A program made the translations under genes and the position numbers. A stretch of DNA of 63,876 bases, the filler included, from assembly GCF_002087085.1 (NCBI RefSeq). It is 4 parts of 4 records of this genome, joined end to end, with 100 filler letters (N's around TTAATTAATTAA, not from the genome) between each part and the next. Parts side by side here need not be neighbours in the genome. Positions count along the whole stretch, not along the records: positions 41,990 to 60,174 come from NZ_MWQY01000035.1; positions 60,275 to 63,876 come from NZ_MWQY01000047.1; 2 more parts are not named here. One strand, given 5' to 3'. Positions 51,043-60,895 of the stretch are shown here, one piece after another. The notes beneath the pieces are model-generated. The model was not told the DNA's origin. It ran no database searches and saw only the letters and a program-made list of their open reading frames with translations. Position 1 is the first letter of the stretch; every line of letters begins with the position of its first letter.

Positions 51043-52439
51043 ATGCCGGACGCAGTCGGAAGGCCCGGAACCGGGCCTTCCTGCTTGTTGTCGTACTTGT
51101 TTTCATCTCCTGTACCACCCGTAACGAACCCTTTGCAGAGATCGACAATGCGGTAAATCAGGGGAATTACGCTCAGGCGGCCCAGGCCATGAGCGGCGAC
51201 GAGCGATCCACCTACTACCGCGACAAAGACAAGGTACTCTACTACCTCGATGTCGGCATGCTCTACCATTATGCCGGAGACTACGAACTCAGCACGCAGC
51301 ATCTGAACGAAGCGGAGATCCTCATCGAGCAGTATTTTACCAAAAGCATATCCCAGGCCGCCGGCTCTCTCCTCCTGAACGATAACATTATGGACTACGC
51401 CGGCGAGGACTACGAGGATATTTACCTGAATGTCTTCAAGTCCCTGAACTTCCTCTCCCGGGGGGATTTCGACGCCGGATTCGTGGAAGTCCGGAAGGTA
51501 AACACCAAGCTCAATCTCCTGGAAGATAAGTATTCCGACCTCGCCGCGGGATACAACTCAGCGGATGACGCGGAGGTTGAACTCAAGGCCGGGGAGAACC
51601 GTTTCTATAACAGCGCCCTTGCCCGCTATGTGAGTCTGCTTATGTACCGGGGCGAAGGGGATTACGATGGGGCCCGCATCGATTACAACAAGATAGTGGA
51701 AGCCTTTCTGCTGCAGCCGGATATATATGAATTTGAACCCCCGGTGGATGAATCGACCCTGCGCCCCCCCGACGGGGCCCGCCTGAGCGTCCTGGCCTTT
51801 GCCGGACGTTCCCCGGTAAAAAAAGCGAAGACCCTCACCATCGCCACCGGTCCCAATACCGTATCAATCCTCACCATGGACGAGGATGATGCAGGACAGC
51901 TGATTCCCACCGGATATAACAGCTTCTTCTGGCCCGGTATTGACGGGGGGTACCGTTTCAAGTTTCAGCTTCCCTACATAGAACCCCAGGGAAGCGCCGT
52001 GGATACCATTCGCCTGGTTGTGGACGCCCAGCCCCTGGGCCAGCTGAAGATGATCGAAAACATGGAACGGGTTGCAGAAGCCACCTTCCAGGTAAAGTAT
52101 CCCATCATTTTCATGAAGACCGTTACCCGCACCATCGTCAAGGGAATCCTTGCCCAGATGGGCAAACAGCAGCTCCAGGAGCAGGGTGGTCTCGCCCTCG
52201 GACTCCTGGGATCCATTGTAGCGGACATTGCCGTGGAAGCCTCGGAGCAGGCGGACCTGCGGACCGCCCGCTATTTTCCCGCCCATGCCTACATGGGGGA
52301 GTTCGATATTCCCGAGGGTGAACACTTTGTCGAACTGGAGTATTACTCCGGGGGCACCCTGCTGCAGGTGGACGAGCTGGGGATGATGAATTTGACCAAA
52401 GGCGGTCTGAACCTCGCGACATCCTACTCTAACAAGTAG
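51036..52439 (+). CDS. COG3014-like TPR lipoprotein
   Basis: FIS-C lipobox, Y.GEDYE, ADLR motif; typical neighbour of lpoB-like genes. Confidence 0.75.
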   Translation: MVDAGRSRKARNRAFLLVVVLVFISCTTRNEPFAEIDNAVNQGNYAQAAQAMSGDERSTYYRDKDKVLYYLDVGMLYHYAGDYELSTQHLNEAEILIEQYFTKSISQAAGSLLLNDNIMDYAGEDYEDIYLNVFKSLNFLSRGDFDAGFVEVRKVNTKLNLLEDKYSDLAAGYNSADDAEVELKAGENRFYNSALARYVSLLMYRGEGDYDGARIDYNKIVEAFLLQPDIYEFEPPVDESTLRPPDGARLSVLAFAGRSPVKKAKTLTIATGPNTVSILTMDEDDAGQLIPTGYNSFFWPGIDGGYRFKFQLPYIEPQGSAVDTIRLVVDAQPLGQLKMIENMERVAEATFQVKYPIIFMKTVTRTIVKGILAQMGKQQLQEQGGLALGLLGSIVADIAVEASEQADLRTARYFPAHAYMGEFDIPEGEHFVELEYYSGGTLLQVDELGMMNLTKGGLNLATSYSNK

Positions 52440-52473
52440 GACGCCGGAGTCCGTTGTAAAAGGAGTACCTGAA

Positions 52474-53529
52474 ATGAAAAAGATACATACAGCCCTGATC
52501 CTGGCGGGAGTGCTTCTCCTGGGACTTCTTGCAGGCTGTGTCACAAGCAGCCCCTCCTCCGGGGGCTCCAACTCCTCCGGAGATATGCCCGACTGGTTTC
52601 TCGATCCCCGGGGGGTATATCCGGAGGATAAATACATGACCGCCATCGGTACCGGCGACACCCGCCGGGCTGCGGAACAGAGCGCCATGGCAGGGCTCTC
52701 CCAGATCTTCGAATCCCAGATCTCCGTGGATGTAAGTACCGCGGAGCGATATCGTGATCTGGTAAGCTCCTCCGGAAACGTCTCCGAGAGCGAGCTCATG
52801 CTCGCCCAGTCCACCAATGTACAGTCCAACCAGACTCTGCTGAATGTGCAGTTCGGAGAAGCCGCCGTCGATAACGAAGGCCGGGTCCATGCCATCGCCT
52901 ATATCGACCGCATGGCCACCGGCAGAATCTATCAGGATCTGATCCAGAAAAACAGCGGCTTCGTTACCGCCTACATGGAGGAATACCGCGCCGCCGCCGA
53001 TCCCATCCGCAAATACGCCTTTGTCTCCGCCGCCGCGGTGGTAGCCCAGAGCAATGCCCTGTTGATGGACCAGCTCAGGATCATCTCCCAGGTTTTCTAC
53101 GCCATGACCTCGCTGCCCTATGACCAGCGCAGGGTTCTGCAGGAAAAGGTGGACATGGCATCCGGTATGACCATCAATATCCGCATCCAGGGAGCCGAGG
53201 GTCCCCAGGTGGAAGCTGCTGTCCGCGAGGCCCTGAGTCAGGAACGCTTTCCCACCGCCGATCCGGCCCTGCTCAGCGTGGGGGGGGATGTCCGCATTGA
53301 GGATATAGAGCTGAATCCCAAGTACAAGTCCGTGCGCTGGTATCTCAATCTTGATTTTACCGGACCCGACGGCAAAGCCCTTGTCTCTTATAACAACCAG
53401 GGCCGGGCCTCCGCGGTCACGGCGGAATCGGCCAGGTCCTTTGCCATGGATGATATCTCAAAGGCCGTCCGGCAGGATTTTATCGGTTCCGTCCGCGGAT
53501 ATTTTGACGGTCTGGTGCAGGGAAACTGA
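52474..53529 (+). CDS. LPP20-like lipoprotein
   Basis: LAG-C lipobox, PDW, AIGTG...AEQSAMAGLSQ. Confidence 0.75.
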   Translation: MKKIHTALILAGVLLLGLLAGCVTSSPSSGGSNSSGDMPDWFLDPRGVYPEDKYMTAIGTGDTRRAAEQSAMAGLSQIFESQISVDVSTAERYRDLVSSSGNVSESELMLAQSTNVQSNQTLLNVQFGEAAVDNEGRVHAIAYIDRMATGRIYQDLIQKNSGFVTAYMEEYRAAADPIRKYAFVSAAAVVAQSNALLMDQLRIISQVFYAMTSLPYDQRRVLQEKVDMASGMTINIRIQGAEGPQVEAAVREALSQERFPTADPALLSVGGDVRIEDIELNPKYKSVRWYLNLDFTGPDGKALVSYNNQGRASAVTAESARSFAMDDISKAVRQDFIGSVRGYFDGLVQGN

Positions 53530-53554
53530 GCAGCCGGGTTTTTTCAAGCCTCTC

Positions 53555-53592
53555 GGGCATCCTGTCCGCTGGTCAGGATGCCGGTTTTTCTT
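53555..53592 (+). terminator. Rho-independent terminator
   Basis: GGCATCCTG / CAGGATGCC stem followed by a T-rich tract. Confidence 0.7.
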
Positions 53593-53643
53593 TATACTGC
53601 TTCTGTAAAAACAGGACAAGGACATAGATAACAAGGAGATTAC

Positions 53644-53997
53644 ATGCGTTTTCCTGACATCAGCTCGTGCCTCGAATGCGAAGAGTATCACCGCGGTGAA
53701 GCCTATGAGTCCGCGGTGGTAGAGTATGTTACCGCCGGTGACCTGATGAGTGAGGTACTTGTTTTTGACAAGGAAAACCTGTTGCTGATCACAGCTCTCA
53801 ACTCGGAGCAGACCCTGCGCACGGCCCACGTCGTGGACGCCCTCGGAGTTGTCCTGGTAAACGGTAAACGGCCTTCCGATGCAATGATCAAACTGGCTTC
53901 CGAGATGGGAATTTCCCTGCTGTCGACAAAGAAAACCCTCTTCGATACCTGCGTTGCTTTGCATTATCTGATCAGCAAGGCTGAATGCGGTGCCTGA
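53644..53997 (+). CDS. DRTGG domain protein
   Basis: AGDLMSEVL, LLITAL...QTLRTA, LVNGK.P. Confidence 0.8.
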   Translation: MRFPDISSCLECEEYHRGEAYESAVVEYVTAGDLMSEVLVFDKENLLLITALNSEQTLRTAHVVDALGVVLVNGKRPSDAMIKLASEMGISLLSTKKTLFDTCVALHYLISKAECGA

Positions 53998-54916
53998 TCA
54001 GCGTGCTCCGGTTTCTTTTGGTTCCCAGAATATTCCTACGGCCCTGACGGAGCTTATTTTTCGGCTGAAGATCAAGGACGTCATGTCCTCGGATCTGGTC
54101 ACAGCAGCCAAAACCGAAACACTGCGGACTATCCAGCACAGGATGAAAGAGGCCAGCATTACCGGCGTTCCCATTGTAGAGGATAAGCGCCTCCTGGGGA
54201 TCATCAGCATGCACGATATCCTTACAGCCTTCGATGAGGGAACCATCGACGAAGCTGCGGAAAGTCACATGACCAGAAACATCAAGGTCCTTGAAGACGA
54301 TATGCCCCTCTCCTTCGCCATAAGCTATTTTAACAAATACCTGTACGGACGCTTCCCGGTGCTGAACAAGAACAGGGAGCTCTGCGGAATAATTACCATC
54401 AGGGATATCAATACCACCCTGCTGCGGGAAGTCAATCGCATTGTGGAAGAGCTTGAAGGAGAACTCAAGCAGGATGTCAGCGAGGATTCCGATTCAGGCG
54501 TAATAAGCTTTCAGCATTATGTGGTACGCCATGACTTTGAAAATGCCGGCCGGGCTTCCGCGGATATCAAGCGGATACTGAAGGCCCACGGCTTCGATCC
54601 CCAGACCATCCGCAGGGCTGCCGTAGCAAGTTACGAACTGGAAATGAATCTTGTGGTCCATTCCCATGGCGGCAGGCTGAGTTTTCGCATGGATCCCGAG
54701 AAAATCGAAATTAGAACCATTGATACCGGCCCTGGAATCCCCGATGTAGACAAGGCTCTGGAGGTGGGGTTCTCCACCGCTAACGAGTGGATTCGTTCTT
54801 TGGGCTTCGGCGCGGGTATGGGGCTGGCGAATGTCCAGAGGGTTGTCGATGATTTTTTTCTCAAATCGGCCAAGGGAAAGAAGACCGATGCCACAGCAAT
54901 CATAAAGCGTTTATAA
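53990..54916 (+). CDS. CBS-domain protein fused to an RsbT-like Ser/Thr kinase (HATPase)
   Basis: Tandem CBS repeats; YELEMNLVVH, DTGPGI, GFSTA, GFGAGMGL. Confidence 0.88.
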   Translation: MPDQRAPVSFGSQNIPTALTELIFRLKIKDVMSSDLVTAAKTETLRTIQHRMKEASITGVPIVEDKRLLGIISMHDILTAFDEGTIDEAAESHMTRNIKVLEDDMPLSFAISYFNKYLYGRFPVLNKNRELCGIITIRDINTTLLREVNRIVEELEGELKQDVSEDSDSGVISFQHYVVRHDFENAGRASADIKRILKAHGFDPQTIRRAAVASYELEMNLVVHSHGGRLSFRMDPEKIEIRTIDTGPGIPDVDKALEVGFSTANEWIRSLGFGAGMGLANVQRVVDDFFLKSAKGKKTDATAIIKRL

Positions 54917-54930
54917 GGAGATATTCCGCC

Positions 54931-55257
54931 ATGAAGATTACCGATTTACATGATCAATTGGGCTACAGAACGATTAATCTGCCCGATCCAGATACACGGA
55001 TCACCGACGGATATACCTCTGACCTGCTCAGCGACGTTATTGCCAACGCCCCCGATGGCGGCGTGCTTATCACTATCCAGGCTCATAAAAACACCATAGC
55101 CGTCTGCGGCCTCGCGGGCCTCCGGGCGGTGGTTCTCTGCAATGACAGGGAACCCGACGAAGGTATGCGTGAAGCTGCCCGGAGCGATGGAGTGGCCGTT
55201 TTTGTTACCCCGAAAAATCAGTTCAGGGTAAGTGCGGAGATCTCCAAATTACTCTAG
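54931..55257 (+). CDS. DRTGG domain protein
   Basis: GYTSDLLSDV, ITIQAHKN.IAV. Confidence 0.8.
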   Translation: MKITDLHDQLGYRTINLPDPDTRITDGYTSDLLSDVIANAPDGGVLITIQAHKNTIAVCGLAGLRAVVLCNDREPDEGMREAARSDGVAVFVTPKNQFRVSAEISKLL

Positions 55258-55267
55258 ATCCTGCACA

Positions 55268-56017
55268 ATGACGGCAAATACGAGCCGGGGGACTGATCCG
55301 GCGACGGCAGCGGATCTGCACATTCACAGCTGTCTTTCTCCCTGCGGTTCTTTGGAGATGTCTCCCCAAAGGATTATCCGTGAGGCCCGGGAAAAGGATC
55401 TTTCCCTTATCAGCCTTTCAGACCATAACGCCTGCGCCAACTGCGCCCCCCTTATTCGTCTCGGGGAGGACGCGGGTATCCAGGTTATCCCCGGTATGGA
55501 AGTCACCACCGTAGAGGAAGCCCATGTCCTCTGTTATTTTCCCGGCATCGATGCCGCGGAAGATTTCGCCGATTTTATCTATGATCATCTGCCGGAGGTT
55601 TTCAACAACCCGGCAAAAATGGGAGACCAGGTAATTGTTGACGAGTTTGGCACGATTACCGGAGAAATCGACAAGTATCTTGGGGTCGCCACCGATCTTT
55701 CAGTGGATCGTCTCTTTGAAGAGGCCTCTTCACGGGGCGCCCTGGTCGTCCCCTCGCATATCGATCGTCCCTATGCGGGATTGATCGCTCAGCTGGGCTT
55801 TATTCCGGATATCCCTTTTCACGCAGTGGAAGTCGCTTTTGCGCGGAATCTTATTCTGGCGGAAGGTTTTTCCGTTCTTGCATCCTCGGATGCCCATATC
55901 CCTGAGCTCCTGGGCGCCAAACGGAGTCTCTTTCCCGGCGATGAAGCTCCGGATTTTTCCCTTCTGAAAAGGGCATTAAAAAACCGCCGGGTCATCACTG
56001 TGTATGATGATACCTGA
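55268..56017 (+). CDS. PHP domain phosphoesterase
   Basis: DLHIHSCLSPC, SDHN, GMEV..EEAH, SHIDR, SSDAH. Confidence 0.9.
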   Translation: MTANTSRGTDPATAADLHIHSCLSPCGSLEMSPQRIIREAREKDLSLISLSDHNACANCAPLIRLGEDAGIQVIPGMEVTTVEEAHVLCYFPGIDAAEDFADFIYDHLPEVFNNPAKMGDQVIVDEFGTITGEIDKYLGVATDLSVDRLFEEASSRGALVVPSHIDRPYAGLIAQLGFIPDIPFHAVEVAFARNLILAEGFSVLASSDAHIPELLGAKRSLFPGDEAPDFSLLKRALKNRRVITVYDDT

Positions 56018-56053
56018 CGGTTTTGTATAAATATACAGCGAATACGATGCTGT

Positions 56054-56824
56054 TCAGTACAACAGTGCTGAGCGTCCCCAGTCGTAATCGATGTTTTTGA
56101 TCTCATCAACACTGGGCATGGGGTAGATCTTGAGTTCTTTGCCGTCACCGATGTAGACAGCGTCCTCGATGGTTTGAAACGAGAAGGACTCCACGTGGGA
56201 TCGGTCGAAGGTTTTGTTCGCTTTTCCCTCCGGATCGCTGATGGAGGCGATGCAGCTGAGAAAATGTCCCTTCTTGTTAAAAAGGAAGCCCCCCGTATGG
56301 CCTGTGTTTTCCGGATCCTCGAAGTTGGGCGTCTTGAGATTGCTGAATACGATTTTTGGGGTATAGACGTGATTCTTCTCATCCGTCATGTAGGCCGAAA
56401 ACTCCATCGGATCGAGGCGGCTGACAATGAGCGGTTTTATGGGACACAGCTCCTGATACAGATAATAATCCCTGCCGGAGGGGTACCTGGCACCGGGGTC
56501 GGGGCTTAGTTCAAGGCTGCGTCCGTCCCGGGTGGTGAGATATATGGAGCCAATGGAATGTAGGGGAATATATTCGAGAACCCGGTATACCGACAGGTAT
56601 ACGGAGTGTTTCGGATCGCCGTTGGGGTGGGGCGTACACTTCTCCTGAGCGTATTGCCAGTCAAATTCCGGGGTGCAGTTCCCTTCAATCTCTGCGAAAA
56701 TTATTAGTTCGTCACTTCCTTTCTTTGAACCGGTAGCCATATAGCTTCCGAACTGCTTTGGTTCAAGCTCCGAGGCTATTAATGCCTCCATCGGGAACGC
56801 TGAAAGGTAATAATGAATTGCCAT
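56054..56824 (-). CDS. Hypothetical protein
   Basis: 256-aa ORF with AGGAGG RBS before ATG 56824. Confidence 0.75.
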   Translation of the reverse strand: MAIHYYLSAFPMEALIASELEPKQFGSYMATGSKKGSDELIIFAEIEGNCTPEFDWQYAQEKCTPHPNGDPKHSVYLSVYRVLEYIPLHSIGSIYLTTRDGRSLELSPDPGARYPSGRDYYLYQELCPIKPLIVSRLDPMEFSAYMTDEKNHVYTPKIVFSNLKTPNFEDPENTGHTGGFLFNKKGHFLSCIASISDPEGKANKTFDRSHVESFSFQTIEDAVYIGDGKELKIYPMPSVDEIKNIDYDWGRSALLY

Positions 56825-57054
56825 AGCCCCTCCTGAAAACGCTGTGCATCTAATAAAACCATAAACGCAGCCCGGCTTATAGTCAAGCAAATCATTTTTT
56901 TTACCCCGGGTTCAAGGAGCGGAACAGGGGGGGCATGCTGTTTCTCCTGAGGAACTGGAGTGAAAGAATATGCGGTTTTTGAGAATAAATATACATTGCA
57001 TCCCTTGGCAGCCTGTGACATTATTGATATAAACGAGTATAAGTGATTATTTAT

Positions 57055-57135
57055 GGGCAGCTCTAAAAACTACACTTTTTGCCCCCTGCGGCGTTGCCGG
57101 GATTTTCCCGAACTACCGCATTTTTAGATGCGCCC
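57055..57135. mobile_element. MITE-like element, copy 3 (inverted, internally deleted)
   Basis: GGGCAGCTCTAAAAA / TTTTTAGATGCGCCC ends; first ~55 bp match the reverse complement of the copy 2 right end. Confidence 0.7.
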
Positions 57136-57157
57136 TGATCAAAATCTGGAGGACTGT

Positions 57158-59191
57158 ATGGACTGGCTTTTGTATCTGCCTCTTGGAGCCGGTATTCTAT
57201 CGCTGGCGTATGCGTTTGTAAAAACCGCCTGGGTCGTCAAGCAGGATCCGGGCAGCAAAAAAATTCAGGAGATCGGGAAAGCTATCCGGTCCGGGGCCAT
57301 GGCCTTTTTGCGGCGGGAGTACAAGATACTTGTTGTAATTGTAGCCGCGGTGGCTGTGCTGCTCGTTTTTTCCGAAGAGGGATGGGGAAAACTGGTCGCG
57401 GTCTCCTTCCTTGTGGGGGCGCTTTTTTCCGCCCTGGCAGGACTGATCGGTATGAATGCCGCGACCCTGGCAAATACCCGTACCGCCCACGGTGCGGAAA
57501 CCGGTCTGGTACGGGCCCTGAATATCGCCTTTAACGGCGGCAGTGTCATGGGGCTTTCGGTCGTGGGGCTGGCTATCATCGGCCTCACGGGACTTCTGCT
57601 TATCTACAGCAGGATCTTCGGATTCGACGGTGAGACCCTGAACGGACTGGTCCTGCCCATTATCAATGGCTATTCTTTGGGCGCGAGTTCCGTGGCCCTT
57701 TTCGCCCGCGTAGGCGGCGGCATCTTTACCAAAGCCGCCGATGTTGGGGCCGACCTTGTGGGAAAAGTAGAAGCGGGAATCCCTGAAGATGATCCCCGTA
57801 ACCCTGCTACAATCGCCGATAACGTGGGCGATAATGTGGGCGATGTTGCGGGACTCGGATCCGACCTGTGTGAGTCCTATATCGGTTCCATAATTGGTGC
57901 CATGGTTCTGGGGGGCTCCCTGCGGGAGGTGAATCTCGTTCTTCTGCCTCTCATGCTGGCGGGAGTCGGAATCGTCGCCTCGATGATAGCCACTTTCTTT
58001 GTGCGGACAAAAGAGGGCGGGGACCCTCAGCGTGCCCTCAATTTCGGTACCATCGGCGCTTCTGTTCTTACCCTTGTTGCCGCTTATCCCCTGGTAATCG
58101 GTCTGGCCCCGGCGGAATTCGGGGGCGGATACAGTTCCCGCGGAATCTATATCGCGATCATTTCCGGACTTATCGGCGGGGTCGTTATCGGAATCCTGAC
58201 CGAATACTATACCGCTGATGGCAAAAAGCCTGTTTCCGAGATTGCCCACCAGTCAAGCACCGGAGCCGCGACCAACATTATCTCCGGTCTGGGGGTGGGT
58301 ATGATGGCTACCGGCTGGCCTGTGGTGATGCTGGCAATCGCCATCTGGTTTGCCTTCCATTTTGCCGGTCTTTACGGCATAGCCATTGCCGCCATCGGTA
58401 TGCTGGCTACAACGGGAATACAGCTGGCCGTCGACGCCTATGGTCCCATTGCCGACAACGCCGGGGGGCTGGCGGAAATGTCCGGTATGCCCCATGAGGT
58501 TCGGGAACGGACTGACAAGCTGGATGCGGTAGGAAACACCACCGCGGCCATTGGCAAGGGCTTTGCCATAGGCTCCGCAGCCCTTACGGCCCTTGCGCTC
58601 TTTGTCGCCTTTAAAGAGACCGCGGGAATCACTGTTATCGACGTAACCGAAGCCCGGGTGGTAATCGGAGTCCTGATTGGAGGAATGCTGCCCTATGTGT
58701 TCTCTTCATTCATAATGGGGGCCGTCGGACGGGCTGCATTCACCATGATAGAAGAGGTGCGCCGGCAGTTCAGGGAGATCAAGGGAGTCCTGGACGGTAC
58801 CACCAAGCCTGATTATGTAAGCTGTGTTGATATAGCTACGGCGGCAGCTTTAAAGGAGATGGTGGTTCCCGGAGTGGGTGCGGTGGTAATCCCCGTTATT
58901 GTAGGGTACCTCGGCGGAGCCCAGATGCTTGGAGGACTCCTTGTGGGTGTAACCGTATCAGGTATCATGCTGGCCCTCTTTATGGCCAATGCAGGAGGTG
59001 CCTGGGACAATGCAAAGAAGCATATAGAAGGCGGTGCCTACGGAGGAAAGGGTTCGGATGCCCACAAGGCTGCAGTCATTGGTGATACTGTGGGTGATCC
59101 CTTCAAGGACACTGCCGGGCCGGCCATGGACATCATTATCAAGCTCATGAGCGTCGTCTCTCTGGTTATCGCTTCGAATATTCCTCATTAG
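57158..59191 (+). CDS. hppA: Membrane pyrophosphatase, K+-dependent, probably Na+-translocating
   Basis: [45 protein letters not shown]. Confidence 0.96.
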   Translation: MDWLLYLPLGAGILSLAYAFVKTAWVVKQDPGSKKIQEIGKAIRSGAMAFLRREYKILVVIVAAVAVLLVFSEEGWGKLVAVSFLVGALFSALAGLIGMNAATLANTRTAHGAETGLVRALNIAFNGGSVMGLSVVGLAIIGLTGLLLIYSRIFGFDGETLNGLVLPIINGYSLGASSVALFARVGGGIFTKAADVGADLVGKVEAGIPEDDPRNPATIADNVGDNVGDVAGLGSDLCESYIGSIIGAMVLGGSLREVNLVLLPLMLAGVGIVASMIATFFVRTKEGGDPQRALNFGTIGASVLTLVAAYPLVIGLAPAEFGGGYSSRGIYIAIISGLIGGVVIGILTEYYTADGKKPVSEIAHQSSTGAATNIISGLGVGMMATGWPVVMLAIAIWFAFHFAGLYGIAIAAIGMLATTGIQLAVDAYGPIADNAGGLAEMSGMPHEVRERTDKLDAVGNTTAAIGKGFAIGSAALTALALFVAFKETAGITVIDVTEARVVIGVLIGGMLPYVFSSFIMGAVGRAAFTMIEEVRRQFREIKGVLDGTTKPDYVSCVDIATAAALKEMVVPGVGAVVIPVIVGYLGGAQMLGGLLVGVTVSGIMLALFMANAGGAWDNAKKHIEGGAYGGKGSDAHKAAVIGDTVGDPFKDTAGPAMDIIIKLMSVVSLVIASNIPH

Positions 59192-59237
59192 GTTTACTAT
59201 CTGCGGGCGGCATCCGGCCGTCCGCAGAACACTAGCC

Positions 59238-59426
59238 ATGGATTCACCTGCAAAAGCGCCAAACTGCCTTAAGTGCATCTACTTTGAAGTCTCCTGGGAC
59301 CCCGCTTTTCCAAGGAGCTGCAGGCTGTTTGGCGTCAAGTCAAAGGACCTGCCCAGCCATGCCGTCTACCGTGCCAACGGGAGGCACTGCCCGGCGTTCA
59401 GAAAGAATCCGAAGATAAAAGATTAG
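59238..59426 (+). CDS. Small Cys-rich (probably metal-binding) protein
   Basis: CLKC..F.VSWD..FPRSC..FG.KS...P.......G..C pattern. Confidence 0.65.
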   Translation: MDSPAKAPNCLKCIYFEVSWDPAFPRSCRLFGVKSKDLPSHAVYRANGRHCPAFRKNPKIKD

Positions 59427-59441
59427 CTGACTGAAAGCTGT

Positions 59442-59894
59442 TTAGTCTGTTTTCCTGGTCAGAGACGTGGACAGACAATCATAAAAGGAGGCTTCTCCGG
59501 TCTTACAGAAGCTGATCGTAAGATGTATTGTACGCAGAATATTACTTTTATCCCGGTATTCGAAACTGTAAAAAGGCTCGGATCTGAAAAAGAGCCGCCG
59601 GAAAAAAGATGTCTCAACGTAACGTTTAAACGAAACAATGTCGGAAAAATCTATTACCTGGGATATCTCCCTGCCTCTTCTGTTCTTTGTCGAAAACATC
59701 CCGGAGAACCAGTTGTCCTGGGCGTAGTGTTTAAACAGAAGCTTCTCAGCGGTAAGAACCAACAGCCCCTGGAGGTCCGCGGACAATTCAGGTGACGTGG
59801 TTCCTGCTTGAATACGGACCATGGCATTGTTCAGTATTTTCCCCCCAGCTTCGGCTTCAAGTTCTTTTTGCAGAATGTCGAATTCGTCACTCAT
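59442..59894 (-). CDS. Hypothetical protein
   Basis: 150-aa ORF with AGGA RBS. Confidence 0.65.
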   Translation of the reverse strand: MSDEFDILQKELEAEAGGKILNNAMVRIQAGTTSPELSADLQGLLVLTAEKLLFKHYAQDNWFSGMFSTKNRRGREISQVIDFSDIVSFKRYVETSFFRRLFFRSEPFYSFEYRDKSNILRTIHLTISFCKTGEASFYDCLSTSLTRKTD

Positions 59895-60104
59895 TCCTGA
59901 CCCCCATGAAGTGGATCATATCACAGAAGCTTCGGTACCTTAACAGGTAAAAAGTTCCAACCCGGGGTAAAAAAATTGCTAAGTATCTTTTTTATCGCTG
60001 CCGATCATTCATTAACCGAAGCGGGCAGTTTTATCTGCCTGCAAACTGTTTCACTGCAGTAATATACGGGTTCACTATTTTTCCTGTTTTTTAACTGGGG
60101 CCTG

Positions 60105-60133
60105 TTGACACGTTTTGCTTGTAGTGATATAAC
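60105..60133 (+). promoter_or_regulatory. Strong sigma70 promoter, probably of an rRNA operon
   Basis: TTGACA-17 bp-TATAAC with extended TG and an upstream T-rich tract; the contig breaks 41 bp downstream. Confidence 0.75.
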
Positions 60134-60174
60134 TGCGATCACGCTGAAGCGACGGGGTGATGAGCTCTGGAGGG

Positions 60175-60274
60175 NNNNNNNNNNNNNNNNNNNNNNNNNN
60201 NNNNNNNNNNNNNNNNNNTTAATTAATTAANNNNNNNNNNNNNNNNNNNNNNNNNNNNNNNNNNNNNNNNNNNN
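60175..60274. other. Artificial contig spacer
   Basis: N run with TTAATTAATTAA. Confidence 0.99.
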
Positions 60275-60895
60275 GCGGCGACCGCAGCAATAGAGGAAGG
60301 AGCACAAACTAATATGGTCAAGCGAATAAGGGTCCACGGAGGATGCCTTGGAGCTGTTCGGCGAGGAAGGTCGTGGTAAGCTGCGAAAAGCCTGGGGGAG
60401 GAGCAAACATCCGATGATCCCGGGATTACCGAATGGGGTAACCCGGCAGAGTAGACTCTCTGTCACTGCTGTGTGAATAAACTAGCACAGTGGAGCGATA
60501 CCTGGGGAACTGAACCATCTAAGTACCCGGAGGAAGAGAAATCAAATGAGATTGCCTGAGTAGCGGCGAGCGAACGGGCAAGAGCCTAAACCGAAGTGCG
60601 TGCACTTCGGGGTTGTAGGGCGTACAGTAAAGTGTGCATGGAAATTAGGAGAACGGTATTGGAAAAGCCGGCCAGAGAGGGTGAAAGCCCCGTATCTGAA
60701 AATGGAAGTGCAGATGAGTGCGTACCTGAGTAGGACGGGACACGAGGAATCCTGTCTGAATCTGGGGGGACCACCCTCCAAGGCTAAATACGAAACAGCT
60801 ACCGATAGCGAATAGTACCGTGAGGGAACGGTGAAAAGCACCCCGGGAGGGGAGTGAAATAGAACCTGAAACCGTGGACCTACAAGCGGTCAGAG

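Noticed and set aside
60105..60316. 23S gene transcribed without 16S (unlinked rrn operon)
   Set aside because: An assembly gap separates the promoter from the 23S gene; the 16S may simply lie on another contig.
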